Shown here: one piece after another, positions 23,576 to 36,536 of the stretch
Layout of the letters: the number at the start of each line of letters is the position of its first letter
Position numbering within the stretch: position 1 is the first letter of the stretch
DNA from: Octopus sinensis
Taxonomy: Eukaryota
Direction of reading: 5' to 3'
DNA length: 64,000 nucleotides
NCBI RefSeq assembly: GCF_006345805.1
Contig: NC_042998.1
Location: forward strand, 194,370,001 to 194,434,000
Notes under the pieces: generated by a model
Databases searched by the model: none
The model's input: the letters and a program-made list of their open reading frames with translations, nothing else
Told to the model about the DNA's origin: nothing
Translations under genes and position numbers: made by a program

Positions 23576-23968
23576 GTGAGTCGTTCTGTGGTTCAAATCT
23601 CTTTTCAGCCAGTTTAGCTTTTCACTTTACAAGTTCCTTGTATAATCTGGGAAATTAAGCTGTGAGAGACTAACATACACATTGGTTTGAATAATCATTA
23701 AAACAACAATATTTTACTCTCCCTTCCAAAGACATTTTATTGCATCTTATGTCTCAGAACAGGATACTTAACTTGACATGTCTACATGGAATAGTTTCCA
23801 GATTTTTTGATGGAAGTTTCTTGTGATAGACTGGCACTTAATCCAGAGTTATAATTATCTCTCTTTCATATTAAACTGCAACACCAAAGCTGTTATAACA
23901 CCCATTGACTCTTATAACACCCTTGATACTTCCTGGAGCTCTTACCGTTTTTGTATATTCTCTTTCAG

Positions 23969-24128
23969 TCAGCAAAATCATTAGCACAAAAGAGGGCTAC
24001 CTACACAGAAATTTGTCAACATTTTCATCCTGTGATGAGACACTTTTTCTTTGAAAAGTTCCTTGACCCAGTCCAGTGGTATGAATGTCATGTGGCATAT
24101 ATCAAAAGTGTGGCCACTAATTCTATTG
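23969..24128 (+). CDS. ATM: ATM exon, kinase (SAKSLAQKRATY...HFHPVMRHFFFEKFLDPVQWYE...SVATNSI)
   Basis: tttcag/gtgagt, phase 0-1. Confidence 0.97.
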
Positions 24129-24519
24129 GTGAGTTTTAATGTGAATGTTGGTGCCTATTGATTTTTCTTTGTGGGGTACAGCTGATCACAAGGTCTCCAG
24201 CTCAAACATTACTACAGCTATTGTATTCCATCTATGAGCAAGGAACATATCTCTAGTCGTTCTAGTCTACCTGACTGACAAAAACTCATGTCCACTACTA
24301 AATTCACAGTCCAGTGATTATCATTAGAAAGGGCAGCTGGCTGTGTAATGAACTTTCAGCAAAAGCCAAGTGCTGTAATTTAAGTCACCAGTTTTTAGTG
24401 AAGAATGTCACTGAAGAAAAAAAGAGTTTCATTTAGCAAAGATATGAGAGTCAGCAATATGACATGGTACAGAGTTATCATTAAGCACATTGTAATTTGT
24501 CTTTGGCAATATGCTCTGC

Positions 24520-24891
24520 TTGAGAATAAGACCCATAAAGCCAAGTGAAATCATAGTCACGGCTTGATGCAGGTGTCACGTAATTGGCGCCCATACTGGT
24601 GGCACATAAAGAGCACCTTTCAAGTGTTGGGCCTCGCAGAGGCAAAGTGGTTGAGTTCCTTTTGAGTGTTGGGCCCCAGAGAGGCAATGACCGAGTCCTT
24701 TGGCACCTCTGATGGTGGCATGTAAAAGCACCTGTTACATACTCAGAGTGGTTGGCAATAGGAAGGGCATCCAGTTGTAGAACACCATGCCAAATCAGAC
24801 ACAAGCCTGGTGCAGCCTCCCAGCTTACCAGCCCTGGTCAAACCATCCAACCTATGACAGCATAGATAGCAGATGTTAAATGATGATGATG
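24520..24891 (+). mobile_element. RTE-LINE 3' end copy (divergent subfamily)
   Basis: Core and (GAT)n tail. Confidence 0.75.
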
Positions 24892-25550
24892 AATATGAAA
24901 GTTGACAGGATACATGTTCAAATAATTCAGACAAATTAAATGGAATTTCTATATAATACTTGAGTTAAAACCCAAAAACTTTCTCATCTTGAAAACTGTA
25001 CGTGATGTCAAAAAACTAATTGTATATTTGAAGTCAGTATTAAAAACCACACTAAGTACACCTTGACATATGCTTGATGAAAAATGCTTGTTGACCAGTG
25101 TAGTTAATGAGGGTGGGAAGGCCTCTAAGCAGTAACTTGTCTTGTTAAAAATAACAGTGTCACATCTCCTACAAATTGCACCTTGCCAACTTTAAAAAAG
25201 GAAATTGCATTGGATAATGTAATCCTAGAGACACTGTTTAAAATCAAGATGTGATGGTCATGGCAAGAATGTTTATGGTCATATGTCTGCACAAATTATG
25301 GGCTGGCTTGGGGTTAAACACAAACAACTAAAATTATTTATTGAGTACTATAATTGATTAAAAGTCAAAGAGAAACATGCAATAATAATTAAGTTTTTAA
25401 CCTCAAGATCATTTCTACTATTTTTCATCCTCAAGTATGACGGGTCTGTAGTTAATAATTATGATAATAAGGTCACCATATTTATAAGTAGTACTCCTTT
25501 ATAAGTTGTGCTTCTGGTGATAAAACCACTATTTGTTGTTTATGACTTCC

Positions 25551-26104
25551 AAAATCAAATTCGATGACTGGCATCCATGCTAGTGGGGTGCAAAGAGCAG
25601 CATACGAGTGGGATTGTTGACAGAGCGGCAAACCGGCTTCCGTGCCAGTGGCACATAAAAGGCACCATTCGAGTGTGATCATTACCAGCGTCGCCTTACT
25701 GGTACTTGTGCCCCGTGCTAGTAGGGTGCCAAGAGCACCATCCGAGCATGATCGTTGCCAGAGCAGCCAACTGGCTTCCATGCTGGTGGCACGTAAAAGG
25801 GTACCATTCGAACATGATCATTACCAACGTCGCCTTACTGGCACCCGTGCCAGTGGCATGTGTAAAAAGATTTGAGCGAGGTCATTGCCAGTACTGCCTG
25901 ACTGGCCCCCGTCCCGGTGGCATGTAAAAAGCACCCACTACACTCTCGGAGTGGTTGATGTTAGGAAGGGCATCCAGCTGTAGAAACTGCCAGATCAGAT
26001 TGGAGCCTGCTGCAGCCATCTGGTTCACCAGCCCTCAGTCAAAATCGTCCTACCCATGCTAGCATGGAAAGCGGACATTAAACGATGGTGTTGATGATGA
26101 TGAT
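25551..26104 (+). mobile_element. RTE-LINE 3' end copy (same subfamily as 18862-19491)
   Basis: Collinear units with the 18.9-kb copy. Confidence 0.85.
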
Positions 26105-26325
26105 AACTTCCAATTCCTGAATACAACAAAACTCTTCCTTTGACCAAATGATAGAATAAAACAATCACCACCTGACAATGACGACCACCACATAACCATT
26201 ACCACTACAACTAGCACCAACACACCACCACAACTACCACTAGCTCATATGCTTCATGGTTCCAGAGTCATCTTAACTCTATCAAGATATAAACTTACAA
26301 GTGCTGAGAGGGACACAATTCAGCA

Positions 26326-26500
26326 CCTTATTTACTGTGTGATACTCCTTATTTACTGTGTGATACTCCTGATGTTGTGCTGTGTGATACTCCTTATTTA
26401 CTGTGTGATACTCCTGATGTTGTGCTGTGTGATACTCTTGATGTTGTGCTATGTGATACTCCTGATGTTGTACTGTGTGATACTCCTGATGTTGTACTGT
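26326..26500. repeat. Minisatellite of 21/24-bp units abutting the ATM acceptor
   Basis: 3 x CCTTATTTACTGTGTGATACT, 4 x CCTGATGTTGT(G/A)CTGTGTGATACT-type, plus one partial unit. Confidence 0.95.
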
Positions 26501-26503
26501 TAA

Positions 26504-26773
<270 letters not shown>

Positions 26774-27016
26774 TAGGCAAAGAACAATAAGGGGGTCTGT
26801 GTGTTCATGTTTCCCTGTGCCTAAGAAAAAGTCTTTTTGGTTACAGTTGAATATTATGAGAACAAGTGTCAAGGGATGATAAGTAGGGAAGAATGAATGA
26901 GAGATGACAACTGAAGAAAATGGGTAGGTGTGAGGGATGAGTAGTGAGTTGGGGGGAGGCAGGGGAGAGGAGATGACTGGACATTGCAAAAAAAAGGGGT
27001 AGAGAAGAGCAGCAGA

Positions 27017-27360
27017 ATCATCATCATCATCGTTTAACGTCCGCTTTCCATGCTAGCATGGGTTGGAGATGGTTCAACTGGGGTCTGGTAAGCCGTGGAG
27101 GCTGCACCAGGCTCTAGTATGATTTGGCAGTGTTTCTACAACTGGATGCCCTTCCTAACGGCAACCACTCTGAGAGTGTAGTGGGTGCTTTTTATGTGCC
27201 ACCGGCACAGGTCCAGGTGAGGCTGGCAAACAGCCACTATTGGATGGTGCTTTTTACATGCCGCCGGCATGGAGGCCAGTCAGGGCGGCGCTGGCAATGG
27301 CCACGTTTGGATGGTTCTCTTATGTGCCACCGGCACTGGTATCACTGGTATCACAATGTT
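27017..27360 (-). mobile_element. RTE-LINE 3' end copy
   Basis: (CAT)n, core, units. Confidence 0.85.
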
Positions 27361-27727
27361 GATTGAATAGTAATAATAGTAATAATAATGATAATGATAT
27401 GGTAGAGAGAGGGTAAGAGAAGAGAGAGTTGGGTAAGTTGTAAGAGAGTTGAGCTGATATAGTGAATGGGGCAAGAGGGAGATGTATGGTGGTGGAAGAG
27501 GGAATTTGGTGGCCCAGGAGGGCGATCAATGAAAGTTGTATAACAAGTGAAATGGTTCAGGGTAGTATCAGGAGTAAGTAGTATCGGGGAAAATCTGGTG
27601 AAATATGTAGTTCTGCACACATTGAAATACAGCTGCAAGATAGTGCAGTTAGAGAGATGATAGTTGGTGGGAATGTCTTGAAGAGAAAATTGGATGGGAT
27701 GGTGGTGAGTGGCTGGGCATATATATG

Positions 27728-28107
27728 TGGAAGCACTCCGTCGGTTACGATGACGAGGGTTCCGGTTGATCCGAATCAACGGAACAGCCTGCTCGTGAAA
27801 TTAACGTGTAAGTGGCTGAGCACTCCACAGACACGTGTACCCTTAACGTAGTTCTCGGGGATATTCAGCGTGACACAGAGAGTGACAAGGCCGGCCCTTT
27901 GAAATACAGGTACAACAGAAACAGGAAGTAAGAGTGAGAGAGAAAGTTGTGGTGAAAGAGTACAGCAGGGATCACCACCATCCCCTGCCGGAGCCTCGTG
28001 GAGCTTTTAGGTGTTTTCACTCAATAAACACTCACAACGCCCGGTCTGGGAATCGAAACCGCGATCCTATGACCGCGAGTCCGCTGCCCTAACCACTGGG
28101 CCATTGC
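27728..28107 (-). mobile_element. tRNA-derived SINE family C, full length
   Basis: Head GCAATGGCCCAGTGGTTAGGGCAGCGG...GGTTTCGATTCCC on the minus strand; distinct 3' module. Confidence 0.85.
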
Positions 28108-28129
28108 AATATATGTATTGTACTTCCAG

Positions 28130-29515
28130 AATCTCGCTTTCACAAAAGTGGGCAACTCTTCTCAAGAACCACATATCACCACTCGTCCCAGTCCTTCATC
28201 ATCTCCTCCATCAAGTTCAAGGTCCTGAGGTCAGCTTTCACCACTTCATCCCATGTTTTTCTGAGTCTCCCTCTTCCACAAGCTCCATCTGCATTGCATG
28301 GACTTATCTTGACAGCTGCCTTTATTCAGTTGCATCATATGTCTATACCAGTGCAGTCTTTTTTCTTGCTCGCTAAAACTGATTCATCTTGTGCTCAGTT
28401 TTTTTAAATACATTTGTATTTTATCATTTATGCACACTTACACTGCACATCCAGCCAAGCATGCTGGCTGGATTCCTTTCCAGTTTTTTCAGATCCTCTA
28501 CATTCAATGCCTATGTCTTCTTACCATGCAATTAATTATGCAGTTCTACCATTCATTCTAAGGGAAAAGACTTTTATTACTAATGGTGGTTGAAGCTCTC
28601 TGGACATTCTTCAACCTGTTCTTACCCTGGCTACTTTCAGAACCAACTACCCTTGTTGCTAATTGCATCTCTTATTTAAGAAAGGCTATCAACTACTTCT
28701 AGTTCCTGTTTGCTCATGTGTACTGCTCCAGTACATCTTTGGCATATTTAAGCTTACTTTCTATTAGTCTCCCTCTAATTCCACACTACTTGTGTGTCAA
28801 CAGCTCACATCAGGTACATCATATGGAGTTTATACCTACCCCTTTTATGTATTTCAAGCAAGGCCATTTCCCTAAAGATACCAGATCCTGTTTTCTTTCT
28901 TACTTACTAAAACTTAAATCTTTGCTAAGTTCACTTAGAGGCCTCTTGATTATAAGTTTAACTTCCATGCCTGGAATTTTCTCTTTACCTTTACTATAGA
29001 TTCAGCTCTTTGAACAAGATCTTCAGCATATACACTACCGTCAGAAATTAATTAGCACCCTTGATTTGCTCTTCACTCAAGGTATGTGCTGTCACCTAGT
29101 GGCCATATCTCGAACTATTGCTTTGTTGCGAGTTCACTGTTGCGCAGAACGATGACGTAACTTTGTTTGCAGAGCAGTTTGAGAGTCTACAGCCTTATGA
29201 TGTTGACATAGCAGTGCAACAACAACTTGGAGTGCGGATGCAGACAAATCTTCCTTTGTTTAATAGATATAGGTAGCGCCTCGCAAGGACCAAAATCACC
29301 AAACTAAGTTTTCTCATCGCATAAGACGTTTTGAACAGCTCATAGGTTAATTAATTTAACCTATTTAATGTAGAAATTTGAGAAGTGCTAATTAATTTCT
29401 GACGCAAGGGTAGGAGTTCCCATGGACAGCCAGTCTTAAACTCCTGTGATGGTCTGCAAGACTATGGTGAATAGGAGAGGACTGAAAACTGAACCTTGAT
29501 GAACTCTTACCATCA
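28130..29515 (-). mobile_element. Old RTE LINE remnant interrupted by a MITE
   Basis: Minus-strand RGRLRKTWDEVVKADLRTLNL and VHQGSVFSPLLFTIVLQ. Confidence 0.65.
29033..29410. mobile_element. Tc1/mariner-type MITE
   Basis: 26-bp TIRs (20-bp perfect core CGTCAGAAATTAATTAGCAC), TA on both sides. Confidence 0.85.
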
Positions 29516-29882
29516 TACTAAAACTGTCTCTGAAATCATTGACTCACACTTTACTTACTGCATCCTTTGTACATAGCTTGTACTGTGTTTGTAAGCTATT
29601 TGTCTACACCTGGTTTCTTTAGGGACCAGACCTTCTATGTGACCTTCATAACCTAATCCAGTAGCTTGATTCCTGTATAGTTGCTAAAAATAAGAACCAT
29701 TTGGACATGTAAGGGACAGTTTGTTTTCACAGTAAGCTGCTACTCTTACAATCTCTGTCACTAGATATAGAGTTACCTTTAAACCCCGGATAGATATACA
29801 ACACCTTGAGACACTACTACAAACAGCATCCTATCATCATCATCGTTACTACTAACACTAATACCATTGTAATTTTTTGCAG

Positions 29883-29997
29883 GAATTGCATTTGAACAGG
29901 GGAAGATATTACCAACACCAGAGACTGTACCATTCCGTTTGACCAGGGACATTGTTGATGGTATGGGTGTGTGTGGAGTGGAGGGTATCTTCAGAAG
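29883..29997 (+). CDS. ATM: ATM exon, activation loop ([39 protein letters not shown])
   Basis: ttgcag/gtgagt; near-identical to human. Confidence 0.98.
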
Positions 29998-30448
29998 GTG
30001 AGTTGCATTTCAGTGTATGGTAGTGGAGTGCTTGATGCAGACAAGATCAGAATTTATTATCTTTCTGTTGACCTTACTGCAAAGTTGCTCAATGATGGAG
30101 GGCAGGCACTATCTCATTTCATTTGATCAGAATAACAGTCAAATCTCCCTTCAATGACAGTCTTTAAAATGGGGCCTCACAATTTATATACTGTAATAAT
30201 AATTTTAGAATGATTCTGAATCACAAGGAGCATCCAGACCAGGGCTCAGCTCAGGCTTTTGTAGGTTCAGCAGATGAGAGATAAGTTTTCCTCTGGGATA
30301 TAACGCTAGTCTATCAAAAGGAACTTTCCCCACTCAAAGCCAATGAATCTCTTGTCTAACAGTATGCTGTTACTTTGCAGTCAGATAGATTTTACTTCCT
30401 GGTTGTACCTGCTTAGTCAAGTGGATTGTTGGTAACACACAGTAGACT

Positions 30449-30916
30449 CATTGGCCACGACTCGCTGCCAATGAGGGTGGAAGATATTAAGCGACTAGTA
30501 TCCTTTGATCATCTCTGTCTACGCCGCATCCTTCGTGTCCGATGGCATCACTTTGTCTCCAACAATTCGGTGCGACACCAGTGCAGAATCACCTCCCTCC
30601 GACAAGTCATCCTAACGAGACGTCTGCGTTAGCTGGGTCATGCCCTCCGTCATCAACCAGGAGAATTCATCTATGAAGCAATTGCCCCATCTCCCCTTCA
30701 GGGGTGGCGAAAACAATGTGGTGGACAACGTAAAACCTGGCTGATGACAGTCAAGGCTGATCTAGAACCCAACCTAGGCCCCCATATCTACGGCATTTGC
30801 CGCTGGAATAAGAAGTGCTTAGCCTCAAATCTGGTTGGCGTTTGTGAGAGATGCAGCATTGAGGATGAACGAAGCCAGCTCAACCCACCCCGGGTGAATG
30901 TTGTCTCAAGTCAAGT
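30449..30916 (+). mobile_element. 5'-truncated RTE LINE of a second lineage with a (TCAAG)n tail
   Basis: PMRVEDIKRLVSFDHLCLRRILRVRW, RKTWLMTVKADLEPNLGP...RWNK; flanked by the 11-bp direct repeat CACAGTAGACT at 30438-30448 and 30917-30927. Confidence 0.8.
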
Positions 30917-31560
30917 CACAGTAGACTGACCCATTAACCTGTTAGTTACTTTTAGCTATTGACTTGAACAGACAAAGCACAGGATAGCAGAACTAATTAT
31001 GTCAACGAAATAGGTACCTGTGGGCATTGAAGCAAGTTGACAAACTATTCGAGAGTTTACCACCAATACTAGCAGCCAAAATATGTTCCAAAACAACGTG
31101 GTTACAACTAACTGAATGAAGTTTGACCGCACAGATATTTTGTATGCATGTGTCTGGACTGTTAGTCATAGGTCTGTTGAAGTAATCATGGCTTGTGTAA
31201 TACCTCCTAAAGACCAAAACTAAAATCGAGACATCCAGAATAAAACATTTCCCAGATAATCTGATTGTTGATGGTGACCTGGGATAATATAGAATACAAT
31301 CAATTCACAATCTCTGATGTCATGCACGTAAAGTGAGGCAAGCAGAGTAATCTGCTTAGTCTACATTTGAACTCCAAAAATATGATCTGTAGACTTTTTA
31401 AACACTGGTGAGCTCCAATAAGCCACGGGACTGTAAAGAGGCCAGCACTGAAAGCTTCATCTTTATATATAGGACAGCTTTTCATCACAACAGCAACTGA
31501 ACCTAAAACATTTATCATAAGATAAAAAGTAGTAACTCAACTGTTCTTCTTCTTCTTCTT

Positions 31561-31865
31561 CATATTCATCGTTTAATGTCCGTTTTCCATGCTAGCATGG
31601 GTTGGACGGTTCGACTGGGGTCTGGGAAGCCAGGAGGCTGCACCAGGCACCAGTCTGATCTGGCAGTGTTTCTACAGCTGGATGCCCTTCCTAACGCCAA
31701 CCACTCCATGAGTGTAGTGGGTGCGTTTTACGTGCCACCAGCACAGGGGCCAGAGGAGACTGGCAAACGGCCACGATCGATTGGTGCTTTTACGTGTCAC
31801 CGACACGGACGCCAGTCAGGCGGCGCTGGCATCTGCCATGTTCGGACGGTGCTTTTCTTTTAACG
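31561..31865 (-). mobile_element. RTE-LINE 3' end copy
   Basis: Core and units, ends ~70 bp before the next exon. Confidence 0.85.
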
Positions 31866-31938
31866 TGTCTTCAATATTTGATCATCTATGTCCCGGAGTC
31901 TTTAAAATTGTGCAACCAATTTTTTACCTATTTTGCAG

Positions 31939-32138
31939 GTGCTGTGAAAAAACCATGCTAGTTATGCACACAAACCAACAATCACTGATAACCATTCTGC
32001 AAGTTCTTCTCTATGACCCTCTTTACAACTGGACACTGTCCCCTTCAAAAGCCAACCAACTGCAACAGTTGAAAGAATTGAAGAGCAATCCAGTCGCACA
32101 TGAAGACAACTGTGATGGAGTAACTGATGATGAACCAG
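31939..32138 (+). CDS. ATM: ATM exon, kinase C-lobe/PRD (CCEKTMLVM...[14 protein letters not shown]...[13 protein letters not shown])
   Basis: ttgcag/gtaagt, phase 2-1. Confidence 0.97.
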
Positions 32139-32323
32139 GTAAGTTGCATGTTCAGCTGTACACATGAAAATGGTTCTTCATGAAGCATCATCTGTCATCT
32201 TGGGGATGGTACACTTGCCATATGGCAATGCTTGAGAGTAAATAAGGATGGTCCATACAGCTATCATGTGGTAAGACTTGGGTGAACAGTAATGGTAGTT
32301 ATTATATGAAAATGCCCCAGTGA

Positions 32324-32556
32324 TAAGGTGGCGAGCTGGCAGAAACGATAGCGTGCCAGGCGAAATGCTTAGCAGTATTTCGTCTGTCGTTGCGTTCTGA
32401 GTTCAAATTCCGCCGAGGTAGACTTTGCCTTTCATCCTTTCGGGGTCGATAAATAAAGTACCAGTTTCGCACTGGGTCGATGTAATCGACTTAATCCCTT
32501 TGTCTGTCCTTGTTTGTCCCCTCTATGTTTAGCCTCTTGTGGGTAGTAAAGAAATA
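32324..32556 (+). mobile_element. tRNA-derived SINE family B with a 21-bp TSD
   Basis: TATATGAAAATGCCCCAGTGA at 32303-32323 and 32557-32577. Confidence 0.92.
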
Positions 32557-33453
32557 TATATGAAAATGCCCCAGTGAACAAGGATGGAAAATTCTGGGGA
32601 GATCTTGGTGAACAAAGATGGAACGGTTATGACACGGTGATGTTTTAGTGAACAGGAATGGTAGTTACAATGTAGTTGGTCTAGGTGGACAGGGATGACA
32701 GTTACTACACGGTAGGTCTGATAGCAATACACAGGTGTTTACCATATTAGTAAATCCACTTGGCATAGTGACAATCAGCCATATTTGATAGAAATTAAAG
32801 TGAGGTCCAACATCATGGTTTCTGTAGTAATTGCAAGTGGTAGAGGTAAACCCAGAATTAGTAGCTACCACATTACAAGGTTACATACGTGTATTTTATT
32901 TGTAATTATGGTCTTTGGAGAAGTACAAGTACAGCCTGTTTCAGCAACCTTTCTGTTAGTTCCCCGATTTGGTGACATCCACCCTCAACACCTGTCTGTA
33001 GTTCTGCTGTATGGAATCAAGCAGTTTAGGTAACCAACTTCTTTCATGGAGATTCTGGTTTTTTAAAACCTCACTTCTCTCTGATTACTCTTAATTCTCA
33101 TGGTTCATTATCCTCTCAAATATCATCTTGCCAGCTCTGCCGTTACTTCAACTTTAAACCTTATCTGGGAGATAGAGATATGTTACCTACATTCTGATAC
33201 AGCTAATATTGCAGCCCTACCAACATGAGTGCTATATTCAGCACACTGGTTACTTTAGGCAAGGTAGCAGACACCCAATTTAAGGAAGGGCTGAATCACT
33301 CTCGGTCCATTATTATCATCCTATCTCTAATACTAAAGTTTACAACTTTAGTAAATTTAGACACGAATTTTCATGCTGTTGCTCTCATTGATATCAGATT
33401 GAGAATTCAATTCAATTACTAGTCTAATTGGTTTGTGATTCTCTCTCTTATAG

Positions 33454-33632
33454 ACAAACCCAATGTGAACCGTTTGGCTGAAAGAGTGTTGCTGCGACTA
33501 CAACAAAAGCTGCAAGGTATTGAAGATGGAATCCAGTTGTCGTTAGGAGGCCAAGTCAACCATCTTATACAAGAAGCTCAAAACCCTGATAATTTGTGTA
33601 AGCTCTATCCTGGCTGGCAACCTTATGTTTGA
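33454..33632 (+). CDS. ATM: ATM terminal exon, PRD/FATC (DKPNVNRLAERVLLRLQQKLQG...GQVNHLIQEAQNPDNLCKLYPGWQPYV*)
   Basis: cttatag acceptor, TGA at 33630-33632; matches human AERVLMRLQEKLKG...LFPGWKAWV. Confidence 0.97.
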
Positions 33633-34750
33633 TAAATATTTTCTATTTTTAAGTCTCCTGTTTTTGATTTCTTATTCTGAAAATCACTATTCACACGTCA
33701 ACTGCTGCGCTGCACCAACCATAACATTCCATGAAGTCACAGAAGTATTTAAATATTAGAAACTTCTCTCTTGGTTAGGAAATTATAACATCACAAGTAA
33801 TTTTTCTTTTTAGAGAATCGGCTTGAAATGGACATCCTACATATAATTAATCCTTTAGCATTCAGATTACTGTCAAATGTAATGCTAATTCATTAACACT
33901 GTTTCTAATTAACCATGCATTATCACATGGCTTTGAGATATTGATATGATTATTTTTAGAATGACATTGTAGGGAAGGTGTGAGAGGCTAGATTATATCA
34001 CTTATAATACTAGCATTTTAAATATAAACTTCTGTATTAGGAAGTTTAGTTTTTCTTTTTTTTTAAAAAAAAAAGAACAACCAGATACTTTTGAATGCTG
34101 GTTGACACTTTTCAACATTGATCAGACAAGTGATGTTTTAGTAAACTAAGAAACATACTGCCTATACTGTTCACAGTTATGTAGTCAATACAACATTTAT
34201 TCAAAAGATTATCTCATAAGATGACGTTAATATAAGATAGCCTCAACGTGGTCACTTGAGTTGTAAGTAGCAACCTTTTGTAGGTTCAGCAGATGAGGGA
34301 TAAGTTTTCCTCTGGGATATAACACTAGTCTATCAAAAGGAACTTTCCCCACTGGAAGCCAATGGATCTCTTGTCTAACAGTATACTGTTACTTTGCAGT
34401 CAGAAAGATTTTACTTCCTGGCTGTACCTGCTTAGTCAAGTGGATTGTTGGTAACACACAGTAGACTCATTGGCCGTGACTATTTCATTTAAAAGAGGAC
34501 ACATTAGAAAATGTAGTCATATATATATATATATATATATATTGTATCTGAAAAGAGGATGAAACAGTCACATTTGGAAAACTAAATCTTAGCTATCCTG
34601 GGACTGAACAGGCAGCTAATATAATAATGGATTTTTTTTTCACATATAAATCCTGTATATTTAGAGAAAGAGGAAAATTGTAATTTTTATACTTTTCCTC
34701 AAGGACATTAGTTTCAAGTTAGAATAGAAACGGTGTTGTTTAGTTGACAC

Positions 34751-34756
34751 AATAAA
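34751..34756 (+). promoter_or_regulatory. Candidate ATM polyadenylation signal
   Basis: AATAAA followed by GU/U-rich GTGTATGACTTGTTTTGT. Confidence 0.4.
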
Positions 34757-35112
34757 AGTGTATGACTTGTTTTGTAGCTGTTACAAAAAGTGAAAAAAAA
34801 AAGGTGTGTGATTGGAGTAAGCGCTTGGCCAGGTAGCAAACAAGGAATAATAATGCAGTTGGAACGCATGAGACAGATTTATAGCTAACACTTAAATTTA
34901 GTCAGATACCAACAAATATCTGAATCGAGATATCCAGTACTTGGTACTACTATGGCAATTTCTGCAGTTCCCACTTGTAGCTGGGTAACATCATTATGAT
35001 CGAGGTACAGTATTGCAATCTTATAGAACACTAGTTCATATCCATGAAACTATTACATGGTAATCATGGACACAACTGCAGTCATTTAAAGTTTTCATGC
35101 CTATTTAAACAT

Positions 35113-35118
35113 TTTATT
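35113..35118 (-). promoter_or_regulatory. Candidate SENP6/7 polyadenylation signal
   Basis: AATAAA on the minus strand; other candidates at 35566 and 35862. Confidence 0.3.
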
Positions 35119-36492
35119 TTATACATTTCATATACAATTTAACTTCAGAAAATCATTTACAAGATGAAAGTTAACATGACAATTTCTTATAAAAATATAC
35201 TTAATCCCACAACTTGCTGTGCTTTTTTTTTTTATAAACAATTGACATATTTGGAACAGAAATTTGTAATAAAAACAGATGGTTTTATAAAAAGAAATTA
35301 AAGGCTAACAATTCTAAGTTAGAAGGATAGAAAATGTTTCTTTTGGCTATATATCTAAATGTTCTTGCCATAAATGGCACCATACAAACAATTTCTATCT
35401 TAAATGCAGCTAAATTTTCCACTTGCATCTCTTCAATTTGCCTTAGATATGTTTACAGTTTGACACTAAATATATTACCAACAATTTTCTATAGTGATAA
35501 TGTCAAAGGAAATTAGAACAGTCTCTGGTAAAATTTTTATCTTGCTAACAGAAAATTTGCAAAATTTTATTAAATTAATAAATATAGTAGACAGGAAAAT
35601 AGATTTCTTGTTAGTCTTTCAACTGAAATGTCATTTGTTTTCTTCAAAATAAATCCAACTGAAACCAACATGAATTCAAGGCAAATCTTAAATTCATATT
35701 GTGTGATATAGTAGAGGTAGAAGTGATAACCCAAATAGTATCCCATGTCTATGGTGGTTATTCCTGCTAGAAAAACCAGCCAAGCCAAAGCTTTAACCAA
35801 AATGATTACATAAAAAGCAGCATGGTAAAGTAAATTCAAGGAGCAACTTTAATGAAGAATTTTTATTATTTATTTATTTATATATAATCCATTAAAATTT
35901 ACTTTCTGGTAGTTTTGCTCTTTGGTAAAGCTGCCCACCATAAGTTTTGTATGTGCAATACCTACTGCACCTGTATGAGCAGGAAATTGCAATGTTTTCT
36001 TCTGTCCAGTCATTCACTAAACAATTGTATCCTTGTAGATATGACAGTATATTCAGATGAAAGGAAGGAGTATGACACTTGCCATCTACGCAGGATTTTA
36101 TCACATGGGCAGGGGAATAGTAGTGGTGGTCGTGGTAGAAAGAGAGCAGGAAATATCCAGCACACTAATTTTAGGAGAAAAATAGATTTAAAATGTGGTC
36201 TCTGAGCATTTGTCAGTTGTCAATGAAGAGATCAACAAGGCACTAACAAGATGTGAAGCTCAGAGCCAATTGTATCTTCCATACTTCTAATGAGAGTATT
36301 TTATTACAAAAATAATAAATAATCATAATAGTTTCCACAACCAGAGATAAAACATTAGTGGCTGGAAGAGCAGCAGCTATTGAGAGGAAAAACATATGTA
36401 TGTATTTGTATATAATAGATCTCTATGTGTGTGTGTATATACACCTGTATATATGTGTGTGTGTGTGTGTATGTGTATATATACATATATAT

Positions 36493-36536
<44 letters not shown>

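Noticed and set aside
33040-33330. Possible old CR1/L2 remnant (EYSTHV-like peptide on the minus strand)
   Set aside because: Too decayed to delimit by eye.
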